Of a stretch of DNA of 64,000 bases, positions 21,697-29,440 are shown in pieces. A model generated the notes under the pieces. That model worked only from the letters and a program-made list of their open reading frames with translations. It ran no database searches and was not told the origin of the DNA. This DNA is from Kiritimatiellia bacterium (lineage in GTDB: Bacteria; Verrucomicrobiota; Kiritimatiellia; UBA8416; JABMPJ01), in NCBI GenBank assembly GCA_030745755.1, contig JASLOA010000041.1, positions 6,515 through 70,514 of the forward strand, in the 5' to 3' direction. The translations under genes and the position numbers were made by a program. Position 1 is the stretch's first letter, and the number at the start of each line of letters is the position of its first letter.

Positions 21697-22254
21697 CTAC
21701 TGGCTATCTGTCCCTATCATACCGGTCTCCCGGGCGTAGGCAAAGATGCCGCCGGCACTTACCACGGGGGCTACGTCGCCGATGGGTTTCGTGCTATACA
21801 CCGTGCCGTCACCTGCAGTGAGCGTCCCCGCGCCGATGTCGAGCGTGGCCGCATCACCGGTTTGGAACACGTCGGCCAGTCGGATCTCCGATTCCATGGG
21901 ATAGAGCTCGCCCGTTGCCACGGCGTTGCGGAAGAAGATGCGCGCGTAGGACTCCGCCACGACCGCTTTCACGCCTGCAGCGCCGAGCGCGATGGGGGCG
22001 TGCTCGCGCGAGGAGCCACAGCCGAAGTTGCGCCCCGCGATCACGATCGGGAAAGCGGACTCCATCTGGCCCTCCTCGACGAAGGGCGGACAGGCCTCGG
22101 GCAGACCGATCAGGGCATAGGATCCGAGCTTCTTGTACTCCTCGGGAATCGTCGGCACCAGGTTGAGATACTGCGCCGGGATGATCTGGTCGGTGTCGAT
22201 ATTGTCGCCCACCACGTAAACGGTGCCGGTAATGACTGGGGGTGTGTCGCTCAT
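21697..22254 (-). CDS. leuD: 3-isopropylmalate dehydratase small subunit (aconitase-family swivel domain)
   Basis: VVGDNIDTDQIIP...GRNFGCGSSREHAP. Confidence 0.85.
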   Translation of the reverse strand: MSDTPPVITGTVYVVGDNIDTDQIIPAQYLNLVPTIPEEYKKLGSYALIGLPEACPPFVEEGQMESAFPIVIAGRNFGCGSSREHAPIALGAAGVKAVVAESYARIFFRNAVATGELYPMESEIRLADVFQTGDAATLDIGAGTLTAGDGTVYSTKPIGDVAPVVSAGGIFAYARETGMIGTDSQ

Positions 22255-22266
22255 AGCGTCTGCTCC

Positions 22267-23565
22267 TTAAAGAAATTCGCGGGGGTCGGCAATGTGCCCG
22301 GCCACGGCCGATGCGGCTGCGGTGTAGGGCGAAGCCAGGTAGATCTGGGCCTGCTTCGACCCCATCCGTCCGATAAAGTTGCGGTTGGTTGTGCTGATGA
22401 CGACTTCGTCCGTGTTGGCGCGACCGAACGTGTCGAGCGGTCCACCCAGGCAGGCCGCACAGGAAGGCGGGGCGATGTCCAGGCATCCGGCCTCGGCGAA
22501 GATCTCGACCAGCGATTGACCATCAATCTGCTCACTCATCAGCCCCTCAGCCACCTCCTGGGTCGCCGGGACCAGGAACGTGTCGATGCTGACCTTCTTG
22601 CCCTTCATAACCTGGGCGGCCATCACGAAGTCGGAGATCTTGCCGCCGGTACAGGAGCCGATGTAGGCACGCGTCAGCTTGACGTCGGTCCGGTCGGTCA
22701 CCGCGGCATACTTGTCCGGCAGGTTGGGCTCCGCCACACAGGGCACGAGCTCGGACAAATCGTAGGTGCGATGCTCCTTTACGGGGGAGTCCGGGTCGCT
22801 GGTGACCGGTGTAAAGGGCTTGTCTGTCCGGGCGCGTACGTATGCCTCTGTCTTGCTGTCAGACGCGATGATGCCGTTCTTTCCGCCGGCCTCAATGGCC
22901 ATATTGCAGATGGTCATGCGGTCCTCAATGGTCAGGTCCGCAATGCCGTCGCCATCAAATTCCATGGCACAGTAGGTCGCACCGTCCACGCCGACGTCGC
23001 CGATCGCGCGCAGGATAATATCCTTGGCCGTAACGCCCTTCTGCAGCTTCCCGTTCAGCGTGAAGCGCAGGGTCTCGGGTACTTTGATCAGCAGCTTGCC
23101 GGTGCCCATCACAAACCCCGCATCTGTATTGCCGATACCGGTGGCAAAGGCACCCAGCGCGCCGTGCGTGCAGGTGTGTGAGTCAGTGCCGAAGATCACT
23201 TCGCCGGGGCGGACATGTCCCTCCTGCGGCATGGCCACGTGGCAGACGCCCTTGTAGTTGGATGTGCCGGGATCATAGTAGTAGGGCAGGTCCTGCTCCT
23301 TTACGAACTCGCGCAGGATGTCGATATTGCGGTGCGCCTTGACGTCCTTGGTGAAGATGTAGTGGTCGGGGATAATAACCACACCTTCGCGCGACCAGAC
23401 TTTGGCGTCCTGACCGAACTCACGCTTGAACACGCCGATGGTTCCCGGTCCGCACACGTCGTGCGTCAGCAGGATATCCGCGTTCACCCAGATGTTATCG
23501 CCGGGTTTCACCTCGTCGCGCCCCGCGGCACGAGCGAGGATCTTCTCTGTAATGGTCATGCTCAT
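22267..23565 (-). CDS. leuC: 3-isopropylmalate dehydratase large subunit (archaeal-type short LeuC)
   Basis: 432 aa aconitase-family catalytic domain with cluster-ligating Cys (CTHGALGAF.. / GSCTGGK / SCAACLG). Confidence 0.9.
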   Translation of the reverse strand: MSMTITEKILARAAGRDEVKPGDNIWVNADILLTHDVCGPGTIGVFKREFGQDAKVWSREGVVIIPDHYIFTKDVKAHRNIDILREFVKEQDLPYYYDPGTSNYKGVCHVAMPQEGHVRPGEVIFGTDSHTCTHGALGAFATGIGNTDAGFVMGTGKLLIKVPETLRFTLNGKLQKGVTAKDIILRAIGDVGVDGATYCAMEFDGDGIADLTIEDRMTICNMAIEAGGKNGIIASDSKTEAYVRARTDKPFTPVTSDPDSPVKEHRTYDLSELVPCVAEPNLPDKYAAVTDRTDVKLTRAYIGSCTGGKISDFVMAAQVMKGKKVSIDTFLVPATQEVAEGLMSEQIDGQSLVEIFAEAGCLDIAPPSCAACLGGPLDTFGRANTDEVVISTTNRNFIGRMGSKQAQIYLASPYTAAASAVAGHIADPREFL

Positions 23566-23619
23566 CGTAACGGCTCCCTAGCGTCCTGATCTACAAATGA
23601 GGTCGCGTATGTCATGCTG

Positions 23620-23705
23620 TGTCATCCCGAGCTTGCCGAGGGATCTCCACGGTGCTCGATTGGGCTGAGATTCCTCGACTCCGCTTCGCTCCGCTCGGAA
23701 TGACA
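23620..23705. repeat. family-1 palindromic element, copy 5
   Basis: TGTCATCCCGAGCTTGCCGAGGGATCTCC-N18-GAGATTCCTCGACTCCGCTTCGCTCCGCTCGGAATGACA. The right arm carries a 10-nt internal duplication. Confidence 0.85.
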
Positions 23706-23738
23706 GCTTGCTGTTTGGCGTATCTCCCAATTGCACTT

Positions 23739-24437
23739 CTATTTCCTTCCCCGTACCAGGGAGAAAAAGCGGTCTTCGTAGTCTTCGAAAAGATTATAAC
23801 GCTGCAGGGTGTGCGCCAGTGCCTCGATCAGAGAGGGGTCTCTTGCCGCGGTGGAAAACGCAGCCTCGATCTCATTGCGCACCCCGCGCGGAACGCCGCG
23901 ATCATCTTCAAACATCCGGCGCTTCTGCAGCTCCCGGATATTGGGTGCCGCAGACTGGCGGATCACTTCCCAGAACAGCTTCACCAGGCAGACATCCCAC
24001 GGATCGTCAACGCCCTGTACAACGGCCGTGTGGGTGTGGTCACCCGCTTCCACCTCGCCCTTGATTCGCTCCACGACATTCTTGATGTTGTCTGTGATGA
24101 TGTGCTCGCTGAACGCTTCCTGCTTGAGCGTGTAGCCGTACTGCAGGATGCGGATATCCTGTTCGTGCTGCTTGAGCCAGTTGACATAGTTCTCGGCCTG
24201 CTCGCCGAAGCCCTCCAGAATCGTCTCCGAATAGGCCTCGGGCGTGATGATGTGCGGCTGGTGCGCCTGGATCCGTCCCTCGCGCACGCGGATCTGGTTG
24301 ACCGAGTCCATCATCTCGCTGATGAGGCGGTAATTCAATACGGTCGCCCCGAACGTCTCGAGGTGCCGGCCCGGCATCAGGATAATCTCGGTATTGTTTA
24401 CCGCGTACCAGAAATCAAATGATGTGTTCTCGTTCAC
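23739..24437 (-). CDS. hypothetical protein (no recognisable family)
   Basis: 232 aa ORF with good GC3 bias and proper spacing between dtd and the leuC-proximal MITE. Confidence 0.45.
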   Translation of the reverse strand: MNENTSFDFWYAVNNTEIILMPGRHLETFGATVLNYRLISEMMDSVNQIRVREGRIQAHQPHIITPEAYSETILEGFGEQAENYVNWLKQHEQDIRILQYGYTLKQEAFSEHIITDNIKNVVERIKGEVEAGDHTHTAVVQGVDDPWDVCLVKLFWEVIRQSAAPNIRELQKRRMFEDDRGVPRGVRNEIEAAFSTAARDPSLIEALAHTLQRYNLFEDYEDRFFSLVRGRK

Positions 24438-24505
24438 AGAATCGTTCCCTGCTGCTAAAACCCTAAGTTTATCACGAGGCCTACAGGAATCTACAGCGCA
24501 AAAAG

Positions 24506-24952
24506 CTAGTCGGTACTCAATTCAATGGTCACAGGCCCGTCATTGACGATTTTCACCTGCATCATGGCGCCAAAGCGACCCGTCTGAACACGGTCGGCAC
24601 CCAACTCGGCACGCAGGCTCTCGGTATAGAGCTCGTAGTGCTGTTCGGCCAGCTCCGGCGCCGCCGCGCGGATGAAGCTCGGGCGATTGCCTTTGCGCGT
24701 GTCGGCGTAGAGCGTGAACTGTGATATGACCAGGATGGAGCCCCCGATATCCTGGATAGAGCGGTTCATCTTGCCCGCATCGTCGGCAAAGATGCGCAGG
24801 TTGACCGTCTTGCAGGCCAGGGCGCGGGCCCCTTCCTCCGTGTCGCCTTCACGCACGCCCAGCAAGATGACATAGCCCGGCCCAATGGACCCGATGGTCT
24901 CGCCTTCAACGGTTACACTGCCGCGTGCGGCTCTCTGAATGATTGCTTTCAT
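24506..24952 (-). CDS. dtd: D-aminoacyl-tRNA deacylase
   Basis: MKAIIQRAARGSVTVEG...ILLGV..GD...SQFTLYAD...GNRPSF is canonical Dtd. Start placed at MKAII (24952); the longer ORF-track N-terminus is translation of the structured intergenic element. Confidence 0.85.
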   Translation of the reverse strand: MKAIIQRAARGSVTVEGETIGSIGPGYVILLGVREGDTEEGARALACKTVNLRIFADDAGKMNRSIQDIGGSILVISQFTLYADTRKGNRPSFIRAAAPELAEQHYELYTESLRAELGADRVQTGRFGAMMQVKIVNDGPVTIELSTD

Positions 24953-24963
24953 AGTCGAAAATG

Positions 24964-25163
24964 GCATCATATGAGGCCCCCTGCCGGCTTGTCCGGCAGG
25001 AGCCTGAGCGTGATAGCCAAAGGAGAGTAAACGGAATCCAATGCGGCTGGCAAGGCGCGAGAGGGCGTCCTCCGGTCGCTGCTCGCGCGAGCCAGCCGCG
25101 GGAAGCGGATCTCTGTTCATTGGCTATTAAGCTGGTGCTCCTGCCGGGCGAGTCGGCAGGGGG
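24964..25163. ncRNA. candidate structured RNA with 6S-like architecture: a nested extended hairpin of about 200 nt with a large central bubble
   Basis: Closing helices GCCCCCTGCCGG/CCGGCAGGGGGC, CCGGCAGGAGC/GCTCCTGCCGG and GATAGCCAA/TTGGCTATT are followed by a central bubble of about 22 x 20 nt. Terminal helices GCGGCTGGC/GCCAGCCGC and GCGCGAG/CTCGCGC close on a 20-nt loop. Strand not determined. Confidence 0.4.
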
Positions 25164-25195
25164 CAAGACCGTCAGTCGCCAATGGGAGTGAAAGC

Positions 25196-25810
25196 ATGAA
25201 AAAGAGTGACGCCATATTGCTGCTTGGACCCACCGGGGCGGGCAAGACACCGCTCGGCGAGCGGCTGGCTGAACGCGGGCTCAACGGCCGGCGCTGTGTG
25301 CATTTTGACTTTGGGGCGCAGCTGCGCCAGGTGGTCATACAGGGGTGCCGCGAGCTGTCGGATGACGATGTTGCGCACGTACAGAAAGTTCTGACGCACG
25401 GAGCTCTGCTCGAAGATGATACCTTCTATATCGCCCGAGCGATCCTCGAAGCCTTCATCGCTGAGCATGGGGTGGGGGAGCGGGACCTCGTGGTCCTCAA
25501 CGGTCTTCCCCGTCACGTCGGGCAGGCGCGCGATGTGGCCGAAGTTCTTGACGTGACCATGGTGGTTGCACTGGAGTGCAGCGCCGAGGTCGTCTGCGAG
25601 CGCATTGCCTTGAATAGCGGCGGCGATCGCGCGGAGCGAACGGATGATTCGCTCGAGTACATTGCGCGTAAACTGGAAATCTATGCGGCGCGGACGCATC
25701 CGCTGCTTGACCACTATCGCGTGGAAGGAGTACAACTCCGCCTCGTTCCAGTGGGCGTGACGACAACCCCGGTGGACATTGTGACAATGCTGAGTGAGAT
25801 AAAGGACTAG
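25196..25810 (+). CDS. P-loop nucleoside/nucleotide kinase family protein (adenylate-kinase-like fold)
   Basis: The N-terminal Walker A is ILLLGPTGAGKTPLG. The protein is 204 aa and I recognise no specific family signature beyond the P-loop kinase. Confidence 0.5.
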   Translation: MKKSDAILLLGPTGAGKTPLGERLAERGLNGRRCVHFDFGAQLRQVVIQGCRELSDDDVAHVQKVLTHGALLEDDTFYIARAILEAFIAEHGVGERDLVVLNGLPRHVGQARDVAEVLDVTMVVALECSAEVVCERIALNSGGDRAERTDDSLEYIARKLEIYAARTHPLLDHYRVEGVQLRLVPVGVTTTPVDIVTMLSEIKD

Positions 25811-25825
25811 TCAGCTGCGCTGAAA

Positions 25826-25910
25826 GGGTTCAGGGTTCAGAAGTTCAAGGTTACCGGGCAACACCTGCTCGCCACCGTTCCCAACCTCTGAACCTTGAAC
25901 CTTGAACCCC
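25826..25910. repeat. imperfect palindrome whose arms are 3 tandem GGTTCA(G/A) heptamers (GGGTTCAGGGTTCAGAAGTTCAAGGTT ... AACCTCTGAACCTTGAACCTTGAACCCC)
   Basis: Seen directly between the kinase-like gene stop (25810) and the PPIase start (25989). Confidence 0.6.
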
Positions 25911-25988
25911 AACCATGGCTATCACACAATATCCAAGCGAGATTGTTCGACTCATTTACTCAAAGAACTCACGATTAAGGGGCTAGAT

Positions 25989-26870
25989 ATGCCGATCACG
26001 GTTAATGGTGAAGCGATTCCCGAGCAGGCGGTGCAGTACGAGCTGGATCGACTGGTGCGGTTCTACTCTGAACACATGTCGCCCGATAAGGTTCGCGAGC
26101 AATTCGATGCGTTAAAGGCGCGGGCGAGAGACCAGGCCATCGGCGCCAAGCTGCTGATGAGCGAGGCCGAACGGTTGGACATACGCGTCTCGAAGACGGA
26201 CGTCCAGGAGCGTATCGACGAGATGAAGGAGAACTGCGGTGGTGAAGAGGGATTTACCAAGCAGCTGGTGGACCAGGGCCTCACCGAAGAGATGGTGCGC
26301 GAAGGTGTCACGCGGGGTCGCAAGATGGACCTCCTGGTCGAGAAGATCACCGCAGGTACTCCGGAGCCGACCGATGGAGATATCGAGACTCATTTCGAAG
26401 CGCACAAGGACGAATACACTCGCGCCGACCGCGCGCAAGCGCAGCACATTCTGATTACGGCCGCCTCCGATTCCGATGCGGACAAAGCCACGGCGCGCTC
26501 ACGCATCGACGATCTGCGTTCGCAGGTCGAGGGTGGGACGGATTTCTCTGAACTGGCCGCCGCCCACTCCGATTGCCCGAGCGGTCAGCGCGCCGGCGGC
26601 AGCCTGGGATGGTTCAGTCGCGGCATGATGGTGCCGGAGTTCGACGAGGCCGTGTTCGATATGGAGATCGGCGCGCTCAGCGATGTGATCGAGAGCTCGT
26701 TTGGCTACCACATCATCAGAAAGCTCGGCCAGGAGGAAGGCGGCCCGGCGTCACTGGATGACGCACACGACCAGGTGCGCGACTTCCTGCGCCACGTCAG
26801 CCGCGGCGAAGTAATCTCAGCCTACGTGAATGATCTGAAAGAGAAGGCCACGATCGAGATTACGGATTAG
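25989..26870 (+). CDS. peptidyl-prolyl cis-trans isomerase, parvulin type (SurA/PrsA/PpiD-like)
   Basis: The C-terminal parvulin motif is HILI...FSELAAAHSDCPSGQRAGGSLGWFSRGMMVPEFDEAVF...GYHIIR. Start chosen at MPITVNG (25989), with an AAGGGG RBS 6 nt upstream. Confidence 0.8.
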   Translation: MPITVNGEAIPEQAVQYELDRLVRFYSEHMSPDKVREQFDALKARARDQAIGAKLLMSEAERLDIRVSKTDVQERIDEMKENCGGEEGFTKQLVDQGLTEEMVREGVTRGRKMDLLVEKITAGTPEPTDGDIETHFEAHKDEYTRADRAQAQHILITAASDSDADKATARSRIDDLRSQVEGGTDFSELAAAHSDCPSGQRAGGSLGWFSRGMMVPEFDEAVFDMEIGALSDVIESSFGYHIIRKLGQEEGGPASLDDAHDQVRDFLRHVSRGEVISAYVNDLKEKATIEITD

Positions 26871-26881
26871 CCGTGCTTTAT

Positions 26882-26967
26882 GCGGCTCGCTGGGCAGCTC
26901 GCCCCACCTCGCCGCCTGCAGAGATACGTCGATGATAAGGTAGGGCGAGCTGTCCCCAGCGAGCCGG
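26882..26967. repeat. family-2 inverted repeat pair (GCGGCTCGCTGGGCAGCTCGCCCCACC ... GGTAGGGCGAGCTGTCCCCAGCGAGCCGG) downstream of the PPIase gene
   Basis: About 27-nt arms separated by about 30 nt, complementary except for small indels. Confidence 0.7.
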
Positions 26968-27039
26968 GCATCGTGAATATGCTACGCCTTCAAAAAGGCC
27001 TTTGAAAAGAAGATCAAACCGCTTGATACTGCCGCATCG

Positions 27040-29214
27040 ATGAGAGAGGCGCGTATTACGAATCCGATTCAAGATCCGGCTGTCCACATTGTAGAAGGGC
27101 GACGTATTGTGCTCGCGCCGGGTGTGGAGCGCGATACATGGCTGGATCGCCTGGCGCGCTTGGATGAGAGTCTTGCCGGGGCCAAGCGTGTTCATGCCTC
27201 CCACAGCGCGCTGGTTGATGTCGTTGAATGGGACGGTGTCGCCACGGCGATCAAGCGCGTGCCCTCCCGCACAGCCCTCCAGCACATGGGCGATCGCTAC
27301 CGCGGCAGTCCGGCGCGTCGGGCTCTGGAGTGCGGCATCTACCTGCAACAGCATGGCATTGGCACCCCGCGACCGATCGCGGCCGTGGAGGGTGGTGACG
27401 ATGGTGCTGCGGCGGGCGGACTGCTGGTGACGGAGTGGCTGGGAACGCACGTCTCGTTCAAGGATTGCCTCGTGGCGCTGCTCTCGGAAGGCGGTGAAGC
27501 CCCGGAGATTGTTGCCCTGCTCCGCGTGGTGGCGGAGAGCATCAGAGCTATGCATGAGGCCGGATTCGTCCATCGGGACCTGGGCAACCAGAACATCCTC
27601 GTGTGCCGGGAGGAGGGGCGGTTCCATTCTGTGGCCCTGATCGATCTGAATCGCGGACGGATCCGCCGGAGCGTGTCGCTGCAAGAGCGGGCCTTGGATC
27701 TCTCGCGCATCTATCTGCCGTCTGATCTGCGCCGTATCTTTCAGGAAATCTATTTCGATGCGCCCCCACCCGCTGCGTTCCGGCGCGCCGAGGCCGCTCG
27801 CCGTTTGCGCTTTGCTGTGCACACGGGAACACGCAAATTCCGGCACCCGCTGCGCACATGGCGCAACCGCAACAAGCAGCAGGATGATTACCCGCCACCG
27901 CGTGACCTTTGGATATGGGATCCCCGTTCGGTCCAGGCGGTAGCCGCCCTGCGTGGCAAAGATCGGCGGCGGCTGATGAGCAAGCGTGACTGGCTGGATA
28001 TTCTTCTGGCCTCAGCACGCAGTGCTCTGCCGGTTCAACGTGAGGCAAAGCAACTCTTGGACAACGCATTCCAGGCACCGGTTGAGATGGCCGGGCGGAT
28101 CGGGATCGCGATCAGCGACACCCCCGCGACGGCAACCTTTGAGGATGGCTGCCTCGTGGAGCTGGGCCCGCTTCATGTTCTGGCGCGGTTCTACGCGCAC
28201 CAGTCTGAAGTGGAGTGGAAGGCTACGGCCCGCCGACTGACCCATCTGCATTCGACCGGTCACTCGATCTCACTCGTGCTTGTGCAGAATCGCCGCGCTG
28301 TGAAGGACCTTTCGCGCTGGCGCGCGTTCGTCGCGTTCGTTTTGGAACGGGTGGGCGGCATCGCGACGGACATCCAGGTGGGACAGGCGGTCAATCGCAC
28401 AAAATGGGGCGTCTGGAGTTCGCGTGACTATGCCGGCCTGGTCAGGACTGCGGCCGAAGTCGCGCGCGCCTATCCGGATGTTAAGCTGCTCGGACCCGCC
28501 GTGATTGACTTTGAGCCGCATTACCTGGCGGGCATGCTGGCTGCTCTGCCCGACGGTCTAACCTTGAATGGGGTGGGGCACCTGCTCTACGTGGATCGCC
28601 GCGGCGCGCCGGAGAATCGGCAGGGGCGATACGACACGCTGGGCAAGCTGGCCATCCTGCGCGCCATAGCGCGGCTCGCGCCGCAGACAGACGACCGGTT
28701 GGTGATTACGGAGACCAATTGGCCATTGGCCGATACCGGGATCTGGTCACCCATCTGCTCGCCCTACCTCTATAAGGGGCAGGCGGTTGCCGGCGGAGTC
28801 GATGAGCTGACCTATGGCACCTACATGATTCGTTACCTGCTGATCGCGCTCTGTTCAGGTCTGGCCGAGCGGGTCTGCTGGTGGCGACTCTGTGCGCACG
28901 GGTTTGGGCTGGTTGACGACAAGGACCCCGAACACCCCCGCAAACGTCCGGCCTACGAGATGTTGCTGCACTTCGTCCGTCAGGTCGGCCAGGCCACCTT
29001 CACCCATCGTCCGGATACACCGTCCGGCGTGCATGCCTACAGCTTCAGCGGGGGACCCTCAGGATCGTTCACGATCGCCTATGTCGAAAAGAACGCGGGA
29101 AGCAGGCGGTTGGAGCTGCCGTTCAGGCAGGCGTTGGATGCATGCGGGCGGACGATCGAGTCCTTCGGCGGAGAACTCCCCGCTGACGGCGGGCCGATCT
29201 ACCTCATGGGCTAG
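27040..29214 (+). CDS. lipopolysaccharide kinase (Kdo/WaaP/InaA)-family domain protein fused to a C-terminal TIM-barrel glycoside-hydrolase-like domain
   Basis: The N-terminal ~260 aa carry GFVHRDLGNQNILV...ALIDLNRG, the catalytic-loop / DFG-like pattern of Kdo kinase KdkA/WaaP. The C-terminal ~450 aa include LVITETNWP, a GH5/GH39-like nucleophile context. Total 724 aa. Confidence 0.65.
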   Translation: MREARITNPIQDPAVHIVEGRRIVLAPGVERDTWLDRLARLDESLAGAKRVHASHSALVDVVEWDGVATAIKRVPSRTALQHMGDRYRGSPARRALECGIYLQQHGIGTPRPIAAVEGGDDGAAAGGLLVTEWLGTHVSFKDCLVALLSEGGEAPEIVALLRVVAESIRAMHEAGFVHRDLGNQNILVCREEGRFHSVALIDLNRGRIRRSVSLQERALDLSRIYLPSDLRRIFQEIYFDAPPPAAFRRAEAARRLRFAVHTGTRKFRHPLRTWRNRNKQQDDYPPPRDLWIWDPRSVQAVAALRGKDRRRLMSKRDWLDILLASARSALPVQREAKQLLDNAFQAPVEMAGRIGIAISDTPATATFEDGCLVELGPLHVLARFYAHQSEVEWKATARRLTHLHSTGHSISLVLVQNRRAVKDLSRWRAFVAFVLERVGGIATDIQVGQAVNRTKWGVWSSRDYAGLVRTAAEVARAYPDVKLLGPAVIDFEPHYLAGMLAALPDGLTLNGVGHLLYVDRRGAPENRQGRYDTLGKLAILRAIARLAPQTDDRLVITETNWPLADTGIWSPICSPYLYKGQAVAGGVDELTYGTYMIRYLLIALCSGLAERVCWWRLCAHGFGLVDDKDPEHPRKRPAYEMLLHFVRQVGQATFTHRPDTPSGVHAYSFSGGPSGSFTIAYVEKNAGSRRLELPFRQALDACGRTIESFGGELPADGGPIYLMG

Positions 29215-29255
29215 TGTTGTGCTTCAGAAATCCGCGAAGCAGTTGTCTTCACTAT

Positions 29256-29330
29256 GTCATCCCGAGCGAAGTCGAGGGATCTCCTACTTGTCGAGCAGCA
29301 CGGAGATCCCTCGGCAAGCTCGGGATGACA
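29256..29330. repeat. family-1 palindromic element, copy 6 (near-perfect palindrome)
   Basis: TGTCATCCCGAGCGAAGTCGAGGGATCTCC-N17-GGAGATCCCTCGGCAAGCTCGGGATGACA. Confidence 0.9.
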
Positions 29331-29440
29331 TAATGAAGGTTCTTCATTTGCGAATTTGTCGATCAGTACACTAGTACATCGTTTCGTAGATATCTTTACT
29401 CTGGACGAGGGTATTCTGGATGCACGGGGGCCGCACTCGT

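Noticed and set aside
21862-23181. 439-aa plus-strand ORF
   Set aside because: It is antisense to leuD and leuC, which have unmistakable aconitase-family motifs. The long open frame is a by-product of high GC and paucity of stop codons.
24953-25120. Longer N-terminal extension of dtd (ORF-track start at 25120)
   Set aside because: The extension is the translation of the structured intergenic element and has no similarity to Dtd. The conserved MKAIIQRA start, at 24952, fits Dtd orthologues.
26878-27846. 322-aa ORF on the minus strand
   Set aside because: It is entirely antisense to the N-terminal LPS-kinase domain of the 724-aa plus-strand gene (27040-29214), which has clear catalytic motifs. 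The minus-strand translation is Arg/His/Gln-rich and low-complexity, typical of a GC-rich antisense frame.
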